20,751 nucleotides of DNA. Origin: Candidatus Thalassarchaeaceae archaeon. Its GTDB lineage: Archaea > Thermoplasmatota > Poseidoniia > Poseidoniales > Thalassarchaeaceae. Location of the stretch: the NCBI GenBank assembly GCA_030747675.1, contig JASLKH010000090.1:1-20751 (forward strand). Direction: 5' to 3'. A model generated the notes under the pieces. That model made no database searches and had not been told where the DNA came from. It saw only the letters and a list, made by a program, of their open reading frames with translations. This document shows positions 11,101-17,362 of the stretch, in pieces. Position numbers and translations under genes: made by a program. Each line of letters opens with the position of its first letter. The first letter of the stretch is position 1.

Positions 11101-11475
11101 AATGTTGATGGCACAATTGCAGGTTTCTTTGAAGCTAATTCACCATTGTCATGGATTGGCTTGGGTGTAGTCGTATTCTTACTGATAGGCGTTGTTGTTG
11201 TTATTGCGGTTATTGTTCGTCGGGCAGGGGACTCAGATGATGAGTACGACGATGACATGGAATATCCAGAAGATGATTACAATGAGATGCCAATTTCAAC
11301 TCCTGATTCAGAGCCAACCGAGAGTGAACCTGCTGGTGAAAGTGACGATTATAATGCAGAGGATGACCCTAATTACCGGGTGGATGAAGATGGCACAGAA
11401 TGGTGGGAAGATGATGATGGAACTTGGTGGTACCGAGATTCTGGAATGGAAGATTGGGCCGAGTGGACAGAGTAA
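2149..11475 (+). CDS. Giant (~3108 aa) membrane-anchored cell-surface protein: signal peptide, 7 DNRLRE/CBM96-like domains alternating with 6 FN3/Ig-like spacers, 8 Ig-like stalk repeats, TM helix, acidic tail with Trp-rich terminal motif
   Basis: Uninterrupted ORF. The start is moved from the track's 1735, which overlaps rfcS, to ATG 2149 (SD present; MTSVVTNWKSASASLLLVGMMLLSTWVG). Recurrent DT-W/H-I...SAxL...W-x-E...ATW...W...G...WxxWDVT...RPxL pattern. TM WIGLGVVVFLLIGVVVVIAVIV at 11152-11217. No catalytic motif recognised. Confidence 0.9.
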   Translation: MTSVVTNWKSASASLLLVGMMLLSTWVGIFDINQKLDDTTKIQRITASDSLTMDTQTNSSLPSNTYGSAQNLMIGDAEFTSAKILASFDLTGTSGTLQTTSVVESASISLHCQRFSQLAVGGTTIYPAMLLANYSESNANHNESDTGVNWNVSGADGLGVDRDQWEPGTSVTISSSATVEVNITALVQDALRDGKTNMSIILSAVGQPIYCSSSEHTTTAFRPSVDFVHSIGIANTQGSVNVDGPLSGSILSDESQLAIRPNLHPTVSWSNMTGNGLEIQFSNGNDFRAVSDGDWVWNSWDDSSSFSMNNFEFDTPNSNLSGGSWVFFRMRTTNDTILGPWSYGGHFGLPASIGTVDLNNVASIELGNDSIGLGFGTVHDTWMLSGNSSYNGEQDFRYRVGHSNSSTEQNMEAIFKLNMGTIPLHQNVTIEDATLNIRRTGRTGAPVISVWVLDSSGHVMSELNWDNSSNGVAWNAQERVTEFGNLVGSVDGNQSYATLSWDISSVIQNYLRTNQQGDIDFLITGYGLAGEEIEFASGDIDAPSYRPHVDIDYTWGDNSATALSSSVQPDGRAAWDVSSWSLVSTLTPTLSWNVTYDPVSNSANDVIIELIPGGSGPGEEVMHRVDSRTNGGFDLANGEFTIPSNWGLGYGEWYSWRIQSVENDERSNWYSTKLLVSKVNSSSLGNGDHELRLSHGNGTLPTSQQSPECGDTTLESGLASSTNLDNQDLTASSTQVILIGCNLPSHQLPDGMAVVSATLRMRTHQYSGISTFPVSLTLHESSEHNWDESAATWNTTDGVTPWNGVGASGTERVMALESVDIEYDSTWYEWNVTGAVQSAMRSGVSADFIMTSTSSTSVTFYDHSNVNHPPELVIIYTNGSNAAPNVPIDMTPSNGDWILSGDYTFTVDQTPTLSWNETGATVANGWQIQVDGDSGFGSNSLLTFSSWIDTSSFSGTSFTFANDLSEGEEFYWRARGISATGQIGLWSVGTSFVIPDLDVYQIDSDTYKVNMGHGDILSDGSMPLFTDTWISWAPSSLNDTHASDDTLFISGTSSALIEIPIDGIGALPSPANAKLVSASISFHVSTNNSSTPSIAIYETLQDWNSSSTGLAYDGTTNWSSLGGSGIQDRSEWIDVVIDQAASVRMVLDISEIVQAAMTRGDDSVGLMLSVEANSNDRIVLASTETQFDANEPELSLTWQNGTATPPTQAATIVSPANSDILWDFPSMSAEDNPVFTWSHPAASNVTDWRLFEYYTNDGPWAGLGVVDSRECGSTCIFDMTNMSLSFPSVWLDQDEEYSWIIQPIQDGMYGPRSSVEDFIIPNDIGDAVNSTDYWVDLSNGNAHAGTGSYDVTQGAYIDSCTPNTAFGSFANYLPIGSSNGGPGCTNAGHESRSLLNFNISNVPIMDGNPWQVAEATVELYRWGGSSSYTTSISVSDTYCDWVEASVTWNDCATNNSWQTSGAYGVNDAGVPVSVTDVSTTGWYSWDVTPLLQQARSSGTDVLNLLFASEDPNLIARHSFIHEDATGSYLSYRPVLNITYRAGSQSVPSSPTWDSSLTTNGPFTSWDSSSLRPIPLNPLNSVWTHPSASTIDSWEIQHALDERFTDSSRIYDSSDSSTWLNSTFDITNLTMLTPSSEAQGDHWNHLRIRAVRDGVYSNWSAPFQTRVPDEQGSDDGAGNYTVTMQRGVVFTDSGLLPSMPDTWIGSNAIGQTQNHGAETTIKVGVDPGSSGHDAVGLVSIDLTEYPYPSTMLPTSVTLRMYVASITGTGAHSISIHDCASFTESTTTWGNFNPNTQCNGTASSSMTSTSTNAGVWYEWDVTGIARSAWLGSGVMSMALKSSWAGTISLTSAEGSTTYAPELEVEYVDNPNNASSPVQVSLVSPEHLEVVYDVNGQYTLGVDTRPALIWNGLSDATGYVLILSNESGSQTYQSWDSNSNSGFIACSSQPASTCSWQPTFDLAVGEIYTWSIQALNGSVPGPRSVPWTFGIGNPDITYVGNHVHTIKIEEGADVEDLGHVPIWDTHISEGAPSTAHGSENLLQIGNGCDSGSTNRCYGLYEVDMGLMGALDLLSVNPHSASLSVYVQGIADISGANYLDLTAYAIINPNYEESGATWDSATTGVNWNQSGMQSGIDYSNLPLDTVRVMGSFTGGWITFDVSGAMTTMNGTVSILIIGTPNSGNMLLEVRSSECSLFNCKPKLEFNYTSVDSISISGPSSTDADTAVSFSGNLLDSAGGTLAGDLIWTSSSGSIDSNGLFTPDQTGIVQITASFGQVSVMQNITVSAGVPLTLIVTPLVASLTTDDVFELGQVKVIDANGNVVPGEVITLGASNGTIVPGTTVTTPVSGVSWVPWTTGQQFLNISWQSQTISIPITVTVGVPDYFEIFGDSTIEAGNSSTYDFTIHDWRGNQMDRSNAGPITWGAVNGDMDNSTGTFTGDSIGEWTIWVEDSYWQISSTFIVTVNYGDIDDLKVIAIGPNTIIVTSTPTTSKVDLTADESVTFTTIRIDVKGNEETVFVPLSSWSSSDELSVFSDNSSNYPIKWDASKPGLQTVTVSLEGVSVTIPMNVEHGIPVRIEADADQTTLASADPREEIESYAFDADENRWPISAEEWSFTNSNADPEWLEHSQGTYTFFYPVTEGTWEVELRYTDSSIPMTFYDSIEFIVVPGVLSYITVAEDAIITADETHDLGPTATDENYNTLPVDGLYWYMWDNSNSQSRPSACSISLGWDDITDSMRSDSYVWNASLVGTYTICAIGGSGSAALPAMSEVEVVHGEIASVWHSAYIGYEYNGEGESVHIGEVENMQSTSIIAGMSPFVTLSVMDSDGNVFFPWDVTWTSNSVEQFSEGDYFIVNEGIGYTFLGTKNQTFDLEYSVGDCTSCTGIWTVNIAYAELASITAVASASGVVPGDSISVEQQTTITITATGADQFGNPVPISLSSLFSSDADSNLNAVTRIDDTTYEVYMLNEGSNSITVMDGVVSDTVEVNVDGTIAGFFEANSPLSWIGLGVVVFLLIGVVVVIAVIVRRAGDSDDEYDDDMEYPEDDYNEMPISTPDSEPTESEPAGESDDYNAEDDPNYRVDEDGTEWWEDDDGTWWYRDSGMEDWAEWTE
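2290..8760 (+). repeat. Seven diverged protein-level modules (DNRLRE/CBM96-like domain plus FN3-like spacer), period ~1 kb
   Basis: Domain-opening 'DT' (or equivalent) motifs fall at about 2308, 3285, 4280, 5227, 6210, 7243 and 8209. Each domain ends in RP/PE-x-L-x-I/V-x-Y/W. Spacers carry 'P-T-L-S-W' and 'Y-x-W-R-I/A...G-x-W-S' patterns. The repeats are not visible as DNA-level identity. Confidence 0.75.
8761..11115 (+). repeat. Eight Ig-like (Big_2/intimin-like) ~80-115 aa stalk repeats
   Basis: Recurring G-x-P/L-x-x-I/L-x-I...TAD...D-x-x-G-N...W...G-x-W/Y-x-I/V...V-x-x-G (DSAGG, DANGN, DWRGN, DVKGN, DADEN, DENYN, DSDGN, DQFGN). Confidence 0.75.
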
Positions 11476-11490
11476 GAAAATCTCTCAAAT

Positions 11491-11516
11491 AACCGTCCGC
11501 CTATAGGCGGACGGTT
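11491..11516. other. Perfect 26-bp GC-rich palindrome between surface genes 1 and 2 (hairpin: 11-bp stem, TATA loop)
   Basis: AACCGTCCGCCTATAGGCGGACGGTT equals its own reverse complement. It starts 16 nt after the giant gene's stop. Confidence 0.85.
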
Positions 11517-11556
11517 CGTCGCTCCCTTCAAGTTCTATGAGTCGTTGCGGTAGAGC

Positions 11557-14500
11557 ATGGCAGTTAGGCGCCACTTCTGCATTGCAAGTGTCCTAGTTGC
11601 GCTAATCTTGATTCAAACTTGTATTTCTGCACCGAATCATGTGATGCCCTCTTCAGAAAATTTATCGGATAAAAATGGTCAAAACAATCTTGTTAACAAT
11701 GGAGATGGAACTTGGACAGTAACCTATGATTCGAGTCAAGATACGACTTTGGATAGTACAAATCCCTCAACAGTGATGTCTCAGGACCCGATTTTGGAGG
11801 TTGGCCATTTCAATGCACTTTCTTCCCAACGCACCTCTATTTTAGGCCTAGATTTGTCCAGTGCTGGTTTTTGGACCAATGTTACAATTGTGAATGCATC
11901 ATTGGACTTGAAGATTGAGTCGATTGTTGATTCTGCAGATATTCACGTTTGGAAGTTGATTAGAGAGAATTGGAATGTAGACGAAGCAACTTGGATTTCA
12001 AGAAATTCAAGTTCAACATGGGAATATTCAGGTGGCCTTGGAAATCTCGATAGTGGTGGATTAATGGATCGAAAGTTGATTGATTCATCAGACTCTGTTG
12101 TAAGCCTGAATGTCACTAGAGCCCTAAAGATAGGTCAATATCGGCAACTGAATGGTCTGGATCCTCGAGCGGGAGTTTTGCTAACATCTGGTGGCGATGA
12201 GTCTGATTCAATGGCAAGGTTTTATTCATACGATGACACTGTTTCTACAAACCGTCCAATTTGGAACATTACCTTTCATTGGACCCCACCAACAATGCTT
12301 ACCACCCAACCGAGTTGGGTTGATATTTATCCGAAACCAATTGCTTCAGTAGACATTGATGGCCAAATCAATTTTGAGGGAACCATTCGTTCAGAGGCAG
12401 CAATGAAAATTTCTGCTGGGCTAGCATGGTCTTCGGATCGTAATACGATTGACTTGAGTGGCCAATTGAGCGTGACTCAGGCAGGGATTACTACGGTAAC
12501 TGCAAGTTGCATATGGGCATCGGGAGTTCGTGAAGTAGTTGTTTTCCCGGGGACGCCTCTGGACATAGTTGCGCTTCAATCCAATTATTCAATTACTGTT
12601 GACGATATTCAAGAAATCCATGTAGTTGGATTGGATCAGTATGGGAATCATGTTTCGGACATTCCAATCTCGTGGTCGGCTTCTTCAGGAATAATTTCAG
12701 AAGATGGATTTTACACACCAACATCCATCGGAACACATACAGTTGCTGGCAATTGGGGTGGCCACATTGCTATCGTCAATGTGACAGTTGGAGTTGGATT
12801 GGCATCAAACATCATTCTTCCAGAAGGGCTTACTGCAAGGGCAGGAGTTGGCTTTCAAATCACTCCCCAGCTAGAAGATAAACTAGGAAACCCTCTTCCA
12901 CTAAGTGCCGGTGCTGGTTTGTTTTGGAATGTTGAAAAAGGAAACATCGATGGTTCAGGATATTTCATGGGTCAGGAGATTGGAGTATGGCAAATCAATG
13001 TAACAAGTGGAACTGGGGCTAATGGTACAGGTTGGATTACTGTTACCCCGGGATTAATCGATTATCTTGAGATTGTAGGTCCAAACCGAGTTGTAGGTGC
13101 GGATGAAGTTGTTCCTTTGGATTTAAGATGGCATGACTTAGTAGGAAACAATGAGTCGGTGGTAATACCTATTTCTAATTGGAGTGCGGGAAATGGTAAT
13201 TTTAGAATGGGCGACGGCATAGTTGAATGGCTCCCCAATCAAGAAGGCGAATGGGTGATTTCAGTTATCGCAGAAGGCGAGGAAGCCCTAATTTCAGTCA
13301 CCGTGGAAAATGGAGAAATCGTTCAAGTTTGGATTGACGTAGTGAATGATATTATTACTGCTGATGGCGAAACTGAGTTGATTTTACAGGCAGAAGATAG
13401 CAGGGGAAACCGGTGGTCGATTCCAGCACAATGGTCAGTAGTTGAACCAGAAGCATCATCATCTTTAGTTGAAGAATTTGGGATTACACACTTCGTTGGA
13501 AAAATTGCAGGTGAATGGACAATTCAAGCTCTACACCAATCACCTGAAGGTACATACAATGTTTCTTCTAAAATCACAGTTTTACCGGGTCGACTTGCTC
13601 GAATTGTCATCCCTGGAGATGGAACAAGCATTTCCTGTGACGATGCATTTTCTCTTTCACCAGTTCTAACAGATGCAGATGGAAACAATATAGAAGATGT
13701 GACACTTAATTGGACAATTAATGGTGAAAGTTTCACTCAAGAAATTTTGCTTTCAGGAAATATTTGGATGCCAGTAGAAGTTGGTAATTACCTTATTGAA
13801 GCTGATGCAGCGGGCCGTTTCGCTCAATCTCGTATTACTGTGTATCAGGGCGAACCATACCAAATAGTGATTGAAAGTAGTCTTGAAGGATTCTCAACAA
13901 ATAGTGGTGTACCATTCAATTTAACGACGTATGCGGAAGATTTGGACGGAAATAGAGCCCCATGGCCTGTAGAGTGGGAAGTGTCAACAACAGCATTTGA
14001 GATACAGGAAACTGCATGGTCGGGGGTTTACGAAGTACGTGGATTAAAAGAAGGTGCATGGGATATTGTTGCATCGAATGGCACAGCATCTGGAACGATT
14101 TCAATTGAAGTTATCACAGGTGACCCTGTTGGCTTGCGTGTAGGTCCGCATAGTGGAGGAGGAAATCAGGGAGAATCAATTTCAATGATGGTTGAGTTAG
14201 TAGATTATGGTGGTAACTCAATTCCACTTCAACCAGCAAAATTGGAATTTGAAACAAATGCAGGGACTTTCTTGCATGATGAAGGCCCATATTGGAATCT
14301 TCAACTTGAAGAAGCAGGGGAAACCCAACTCATTACTATCAGATATCAGAGTTGGGAGACTGAAACATTTGTTGATGTAGAAGCAACTGGCCTTGATCGC
14401 TTAACTGAAACAACTTCTGGGCAGATGTTGCTTGGAGGGTTTGCTACAGCAATAGTGGTAATCGGGATTCTCTTTTTCATTGTTCGTAATAGAGAAAATT

Positions 14501-14868
14501 CGGAAGATTGGGAGGGTGAATATGAGTGGGATGAATTATCCTCTGATGCAAATTCAGATTCAGAATTGGGGGATTCAATCCCTCAGGATAATCCAATATA
14601 TGCCGGAAATGATCGCATGACCCGACAAGATCGTCGAAGATTAAGCCACCAGAGGAAACAGCAAAGAATACGTGAACTCACTGATGCAACAGAACAATTG
14701 CAATCAACAACTACAATTGAAAGTAGTGCACAATCTGCATCGGCAACAGGTGTACTACAAGCAGTAGCAGGCACTGTACAAGGCCAGTCTGGTTGGTACG
14801 TAACTTCTCAAGGTGAAAATCAGTACTGGGAAGTTGATTCCACCGGTCGTTGGAATAGGAGGAATTAA
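11557..14868 (+). CDS. Membrane-anchored surface protein (1103 aa): signal peptide, one DNRLRE/CBM96-like domain, 8 Ig-like repeats, TM helix, cytoplasmic tail with Trp-rich C-terminal mini-domain
   Basis: Signal MAVRRHFCIASVLVALILIQTCISA. DNRLRE-like QDTTLDS...NASLDL...WNVDEATW...LNVTRAL...RPIWNITF at ~11740-12282. TM MLLGGFATAIVVIGILFFIV at 14425-14484. Confidence 0.9.
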   Translation: MAVRRHFCIASVLVALILIQTCISAPNHVMPSSENLSDKNGQNNLVNNGDGTWTVTYDSSQDTTLDSTNPSTVMSQDPILEVGHFNALSSQRTSILGLDLSSAGFWTNVTIVNASLDLKIESIVDSADIHVWKLIRENWNVDEATWISRNSSSTWEYSGGLGNLDSGGLMDRKLIDSSDSVVSLNVTRALKIGQYRQLNGLDPRAGVLLTSGGDESDSMARFYSYDDTVSTNRPIWNITFHWTPPTMLTTQPSWVDIYPKPIASVDIDGQINFEGTIRSEAAMKISAGLAWSSDRNTIDLSGQLSVTQAGITTVTASCIWASGVREVVVFPGTPLDIVALQSNYSITVDDIQEIHVVGLDQYGNHVSDIPISWSASSGIISEDGFYTPTSIGTHTVAGNWGGHIAIVNVTVGVGLASNIILPEGLTARAGVGFQITPQLEDKLGNPLPLSAGAGLFWNVEKGNIDGSGYFMGQEIGVWQINVTSGTGANGTGWITVTPGLIDYLEIVGPNRVVGADEVVPLDLRWHDLVGNNESVVIPISNWSAGNGNFRMGDGIVEWLPNQEGEWVISVIAEGEEALISVTVENGEIVQVWIDVVNDIITADGETELILQAEDSRGNRWSIPAQWSVVEPEASSSLVEEFGITHFVGKIAGEWTIQALHQSPEGTYNVSSKITVLPGRLARIVIPGDGTSISCDDAFSLSPVLTDADGNNIEDVTLNWTINGESFTQEILLSGNIWMPVEVGNYLIEADAAGRFAQSRITVYQGEPYQIVIESSLEGFSTNSGVPFNLTTYAEDLDGNRAPWPVEWEVSTTAFEIQETAWSGVYEVRGLKEGAWDIVASNGTASGTISIEVITGDPVGLRVGPHSGGGNQGESISMMVELVDYGGNSIPLQPAKLEFETNAGTFLHDEGPYWNLQLEEAGETQLITIRYQSWETETFVDVEATGLDRLTETTSGQMLLGGFATAIVVIGILFFIVRNRENSEDWEGEYEWDELSSDANSDSELGDSIPQDNPIYAGNDRMTRQDRRRLSHQRKQQRIRELTDATEQLQSTTTIESSAQSASATGVLQAVAGTVQGQSGWYVTSQGENQYWEVDSTGRWNRRN
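12313..14391 (+). repeat. Eight Ig-like stalk repeats
   Basis: Seven clear D-x-x-G-N motifs (DQYGN, DKLGN, DLVGN, DSRGN, DADGN, DLDGN, DYGGN) plus one degenerate first repeat, each ending in V-x-x-G. Confidence 0.75.
14857..14862 (+). promoter_or_regulatory. Strong SD (AGGAGG) embedded in the last codons of gene 2, serving gene 3 (translational coupling)
   Basis: AGGAGG lies 7 nt before GTG 14870. The gene 2 stop is TAA 14866-14868. Confidence 0.7.
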
Positions 14869-14869
14869 T

Positions 14870-17362
14870 GTGTCTAGGCGTATTCTTTGTGCCGTAGTTT
14901 TCATTCTCCTTTCATCTTGTTTTGTAATTGAATCAACACAGTCAGAATCAATGGGTCGAAGTTGTTCATCGAATCCACCTTCTGGGACTTCAGTTCACCA
15001 TATTTCTATTACACCAGGTGGCCCAATTTCTATACCAGCTGATGCAAATTTAGATATGAATGCGGTTGCTTACGATAGCCAAAATAACGAATTAAATGTT
15101 CCAATTTCTTGGGATGTTACCAATGGGGTTTTACAAAATTTCGGAGGAGGTTCGGCTCGTTGGTCTCCACAAGTCACTGGCAGTCAAATTGTAACTGCAT
15201 GTACTGGTGAAATTGAAACTAATTTAGATGTAAATGTAGTCCCCGGCCCTCCTTTGGGGCTAGAGTTGGTTTCTAATTCCAATAATATTACCGCTGATCA
15301 ATCGATTGAATTAGTTCCATTACTAAATGATCAATTTGGAAATACATGGACCCCCTCAATACCTTTTGCCAACTGGACACTTCCGGCTGGGACATCAATT
15401 AATTTGCCAACAGACGGTTCACCCCCCACTCTTACACCAGGTCCCACCGGTTCGATGATTGTCGAAATTTCCTGGGGGCAATGGACTGCATCATCTACAT
15501 TCAATGTCAGTACCGGGCTTCCAGTGAATTTGATGATTGATCATGATTCAAACACCATATCTTCAGATGATGTGCTTGATTTATGTGCCCATCTAGTTGA
15601 TCAAAGAGGGAATTCGTGGCCGGTTTTCGCGACATGGACTACATTTGGTGGAAATGCAGACTCATCTTTGTCAAATACTCAAGGTAATTGTATCGTTTTC
15701 GATGCAGGCCCAGTTGGTGATTGGACTGTATTTGCAGAAGAGGTGAATGGGATGACCTCAGGTCTTGCAATTTCCGTAAGTGCAGGAAAATTAGCACAGA
15801 TTAGCCTAGATAATCTTCCTGAAGAGATGAACATTGGAGAACCTTATCCACTCATTGCAGTAGGGTACGATGCCGCAGGAAATGAAGTCACTGTAAGTCA
15901 GTGGAATTGGTCTGTAACAAATGGTCCATCTGATGACCCTATTTCAACAGAAGATGGCGAAGCCCATTTTTCCCCCGAAAAATCAGGCCAGCACACAATT
16001 CAAGTGATGGCTGCTGGAGTTCCTGCAGCTATTGACGTGGAAGTATATCCTGGTATAACAACATCAATTGCGATTGAAATTTTGGATCAAGACATTTCAG
16101 ATAGTGGTAAATTGATTACTGGAACAACTATTGAACTTCAAATATATTCAGTTGATTCAAATGGTAATCGAGACCCTGTAAATGTTCTTTTAGAAAACTG
16201 GACTGTTCAAAATGGGTATGGTGTCATTGAAAATGCGTCAGCAGGTACTGGGCGTTATACATTCACTGCGGATGGAATTGGATACGTCAGTATTCATACA
16301 ATGGTTGAAGGGGCAGAAGGTGCTCTTTACCTTGAAATTTTAACTGGTGAATTGGACTCACTTGAAGTATTATTGCCAACAGATGGGTTACAGGGAAGGA
16401 ATGTAGATTTCACAGTAAAAGGGTTTGATATATCTGGAAATGAAGTTCCGATAACTCACCCCTGTGCGGTTGAAATTATTACAGATGTAGGTAAAGCAAC
16501 TTGTGATGATAATGGTTGGACACTTGAGTTAGATGAATCAGGAGAACAAGTAGTCTATGCTAGAATTGATTCAGCAGACGGTAGCTCATTCATCGATGTC
16601 GAAGAGACATGGTTTGGTTGGGGAAACAATACGCAAGTTATCATCGTGAGTAGCCTAATCCTCGTTGCAATTATCTCAGCGGTCTTAGTATTCTTATTCA
16701 AGCATCTTGGAGATCGAATTGAAGAAGAAATTGGGATAATTGAAGATGAAGAGAAGAAAAAATCGGATACTATTGATGCTGAAAATTCGGTTGGTTTGAT
16801 TTCAGGTTTACCTCCCCCTGCATTCAATTTCCCTCCACCCCCTGATATAAATCCAGTAATATCTCCTGGGTTGGTATCTCCTGTATTTCAACCAACAGGA
16901 ACATCATCGTTGCCTGCTCCTCCGTTAGTCAGTCAAACAGGTGGCCCTCAGGTTGAAACTCCCACTGACCCATTCTCGCTTTTCATTAATACCCCTGCTG
17001 AACCTGAACCGAGCGAAGTTCAACCTCAGCAAGTTGAGTTGCCTCCGCAGTATGATCTGGAAGAACCTCGAAATCAATCTGAACCCTCTCAAGAAATTCA
17101 GTCCGTACCAATTCAGGATGACACTTGGGGAGAGATGTCAGGTGATTGGAATGACACATCTGAAACAATAAGTTCAGCAGCAGCAGAATTCGCGCAAATT
17201 AGTCATGAAAATCGGCGTGGTGACGGGCCACGAAATACTTCTAGTGTTCCTTTGAGACCACTACCTGGTACTGAAAAAGGGGCTGATGGTTGGTATTTTG
17301 ATGCAGAAGACCGGCCTACTAACTGGACCCATTCAGAGTCAGGAGGTTGGGTTCAAGAGTAG
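14870..17362 (+). CDS. Membrane-anchored surface protein (~830 aa): signal peptide, 6 Ig-like repeats, TM helix, Pro-rich cytoplasmic tail, Trp-rich C-terminal mini-domain
   Basis: Start re-called to GTG 14870 (SD AGGAGG; [M][21 protein letters not shown]). [23 protein letters not shown] at 16637-16699. Pro-rich [14 protein letters not shown] follows. Confidence 0.88.
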   Translation: MSRRILCAVVFILLSSCFVIESTQSESMGRSCSSNPPSGTSVHHISITPGGPISIPADANLDMNAVAYDSQNNELNVPISWDVTNGVLQNFGGGSARWSPQVTGSQIVTACTGEIETNLDVNVVPGPPLGLELVSNSNNITADQSIELVPLLNDQFGNTWTPSIPFANWTLPAGTSINLPTDGSPPTLTPGPTGSMIVEISWGQWTASSTFNVSTGLPVNLMIDHDSNTISSDDVLDLCAHLVDQRGNSWPVFATWTTFGGNADSSLSNTQGNCIVFDAGPVGDWTVFAEEVNGMTSGLAISVSAGKLAQISLDNLPEEMNIGEPYPLIAVGYDAAGNEVTVSQWNWSVTNGPSDDPISTEDGEAHFSPEKSGQHTIQVMAAGVPAAIDVEVYPGITTSIAIEILDQDISDSGKLITGTTIELQIYSVDSNGNRDPVNVLLENWTVQNGYGVIENASAGTGRYTFTADGIGYVSIHTMVEGAEGALYLEILTGELDSLEVLLPTDGLQGRNVDFTVKGFDISGNEVPITHPCAVEIITDVGKATCDDNGWTLELDESGEQVVYARIDSADGSSFIDVEETWFGWGNNTQVIIVSSLILVAIISAVLVFLFKHLGDRIEEEIGIIEDEEKKKSDTIDAENSVGLISGLPPPAFNFPPPPDINPVISPGLVSPVFQPTGTSSLPAPPLVSQTGGPQVETPTDPFSLFINTPAEPEPSEVQPQQVELPPQYDLEEPRNQSEPSQEIQSVPIQDDTWGEMSGDWNDTSETISSAAAEFAQISHENRRGDGPRNTSSVPLRPLPGTEKGADGWYFDAEDRPTNWTHSESGGWVQE
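14993..16609 (+). repeat. Six Ig-like stalk repeats
   Basis: DSQNN, DQFGN, DQRGN, DAAGN, DSNGN and DISGN motifs at ~85-100 aa spacing. Confidence 0.75.

Noticed and set aside
11557-11630. Twin-arginine (Tat) signals in genes 2 and 3 (VRRHFC, SRRILC)
   Set aside because: Flanking residues do not fit the S/T-R-R-x-F-L consensus well. Elongated multi-Ig proteins with C-terminal anchors are more plausibly Sec substrates.
14813-14869. Track start of the 849-aa ORF
   Set aside because: It overlaps the gene 2 C-terminus. GTG 14870 has a strong SD and begins the signal peptide.
17353-17362. 10-nt convergent overlap of surface gene 3 and panB
   Set aside because: Common in compact genomes; no further signal seen.
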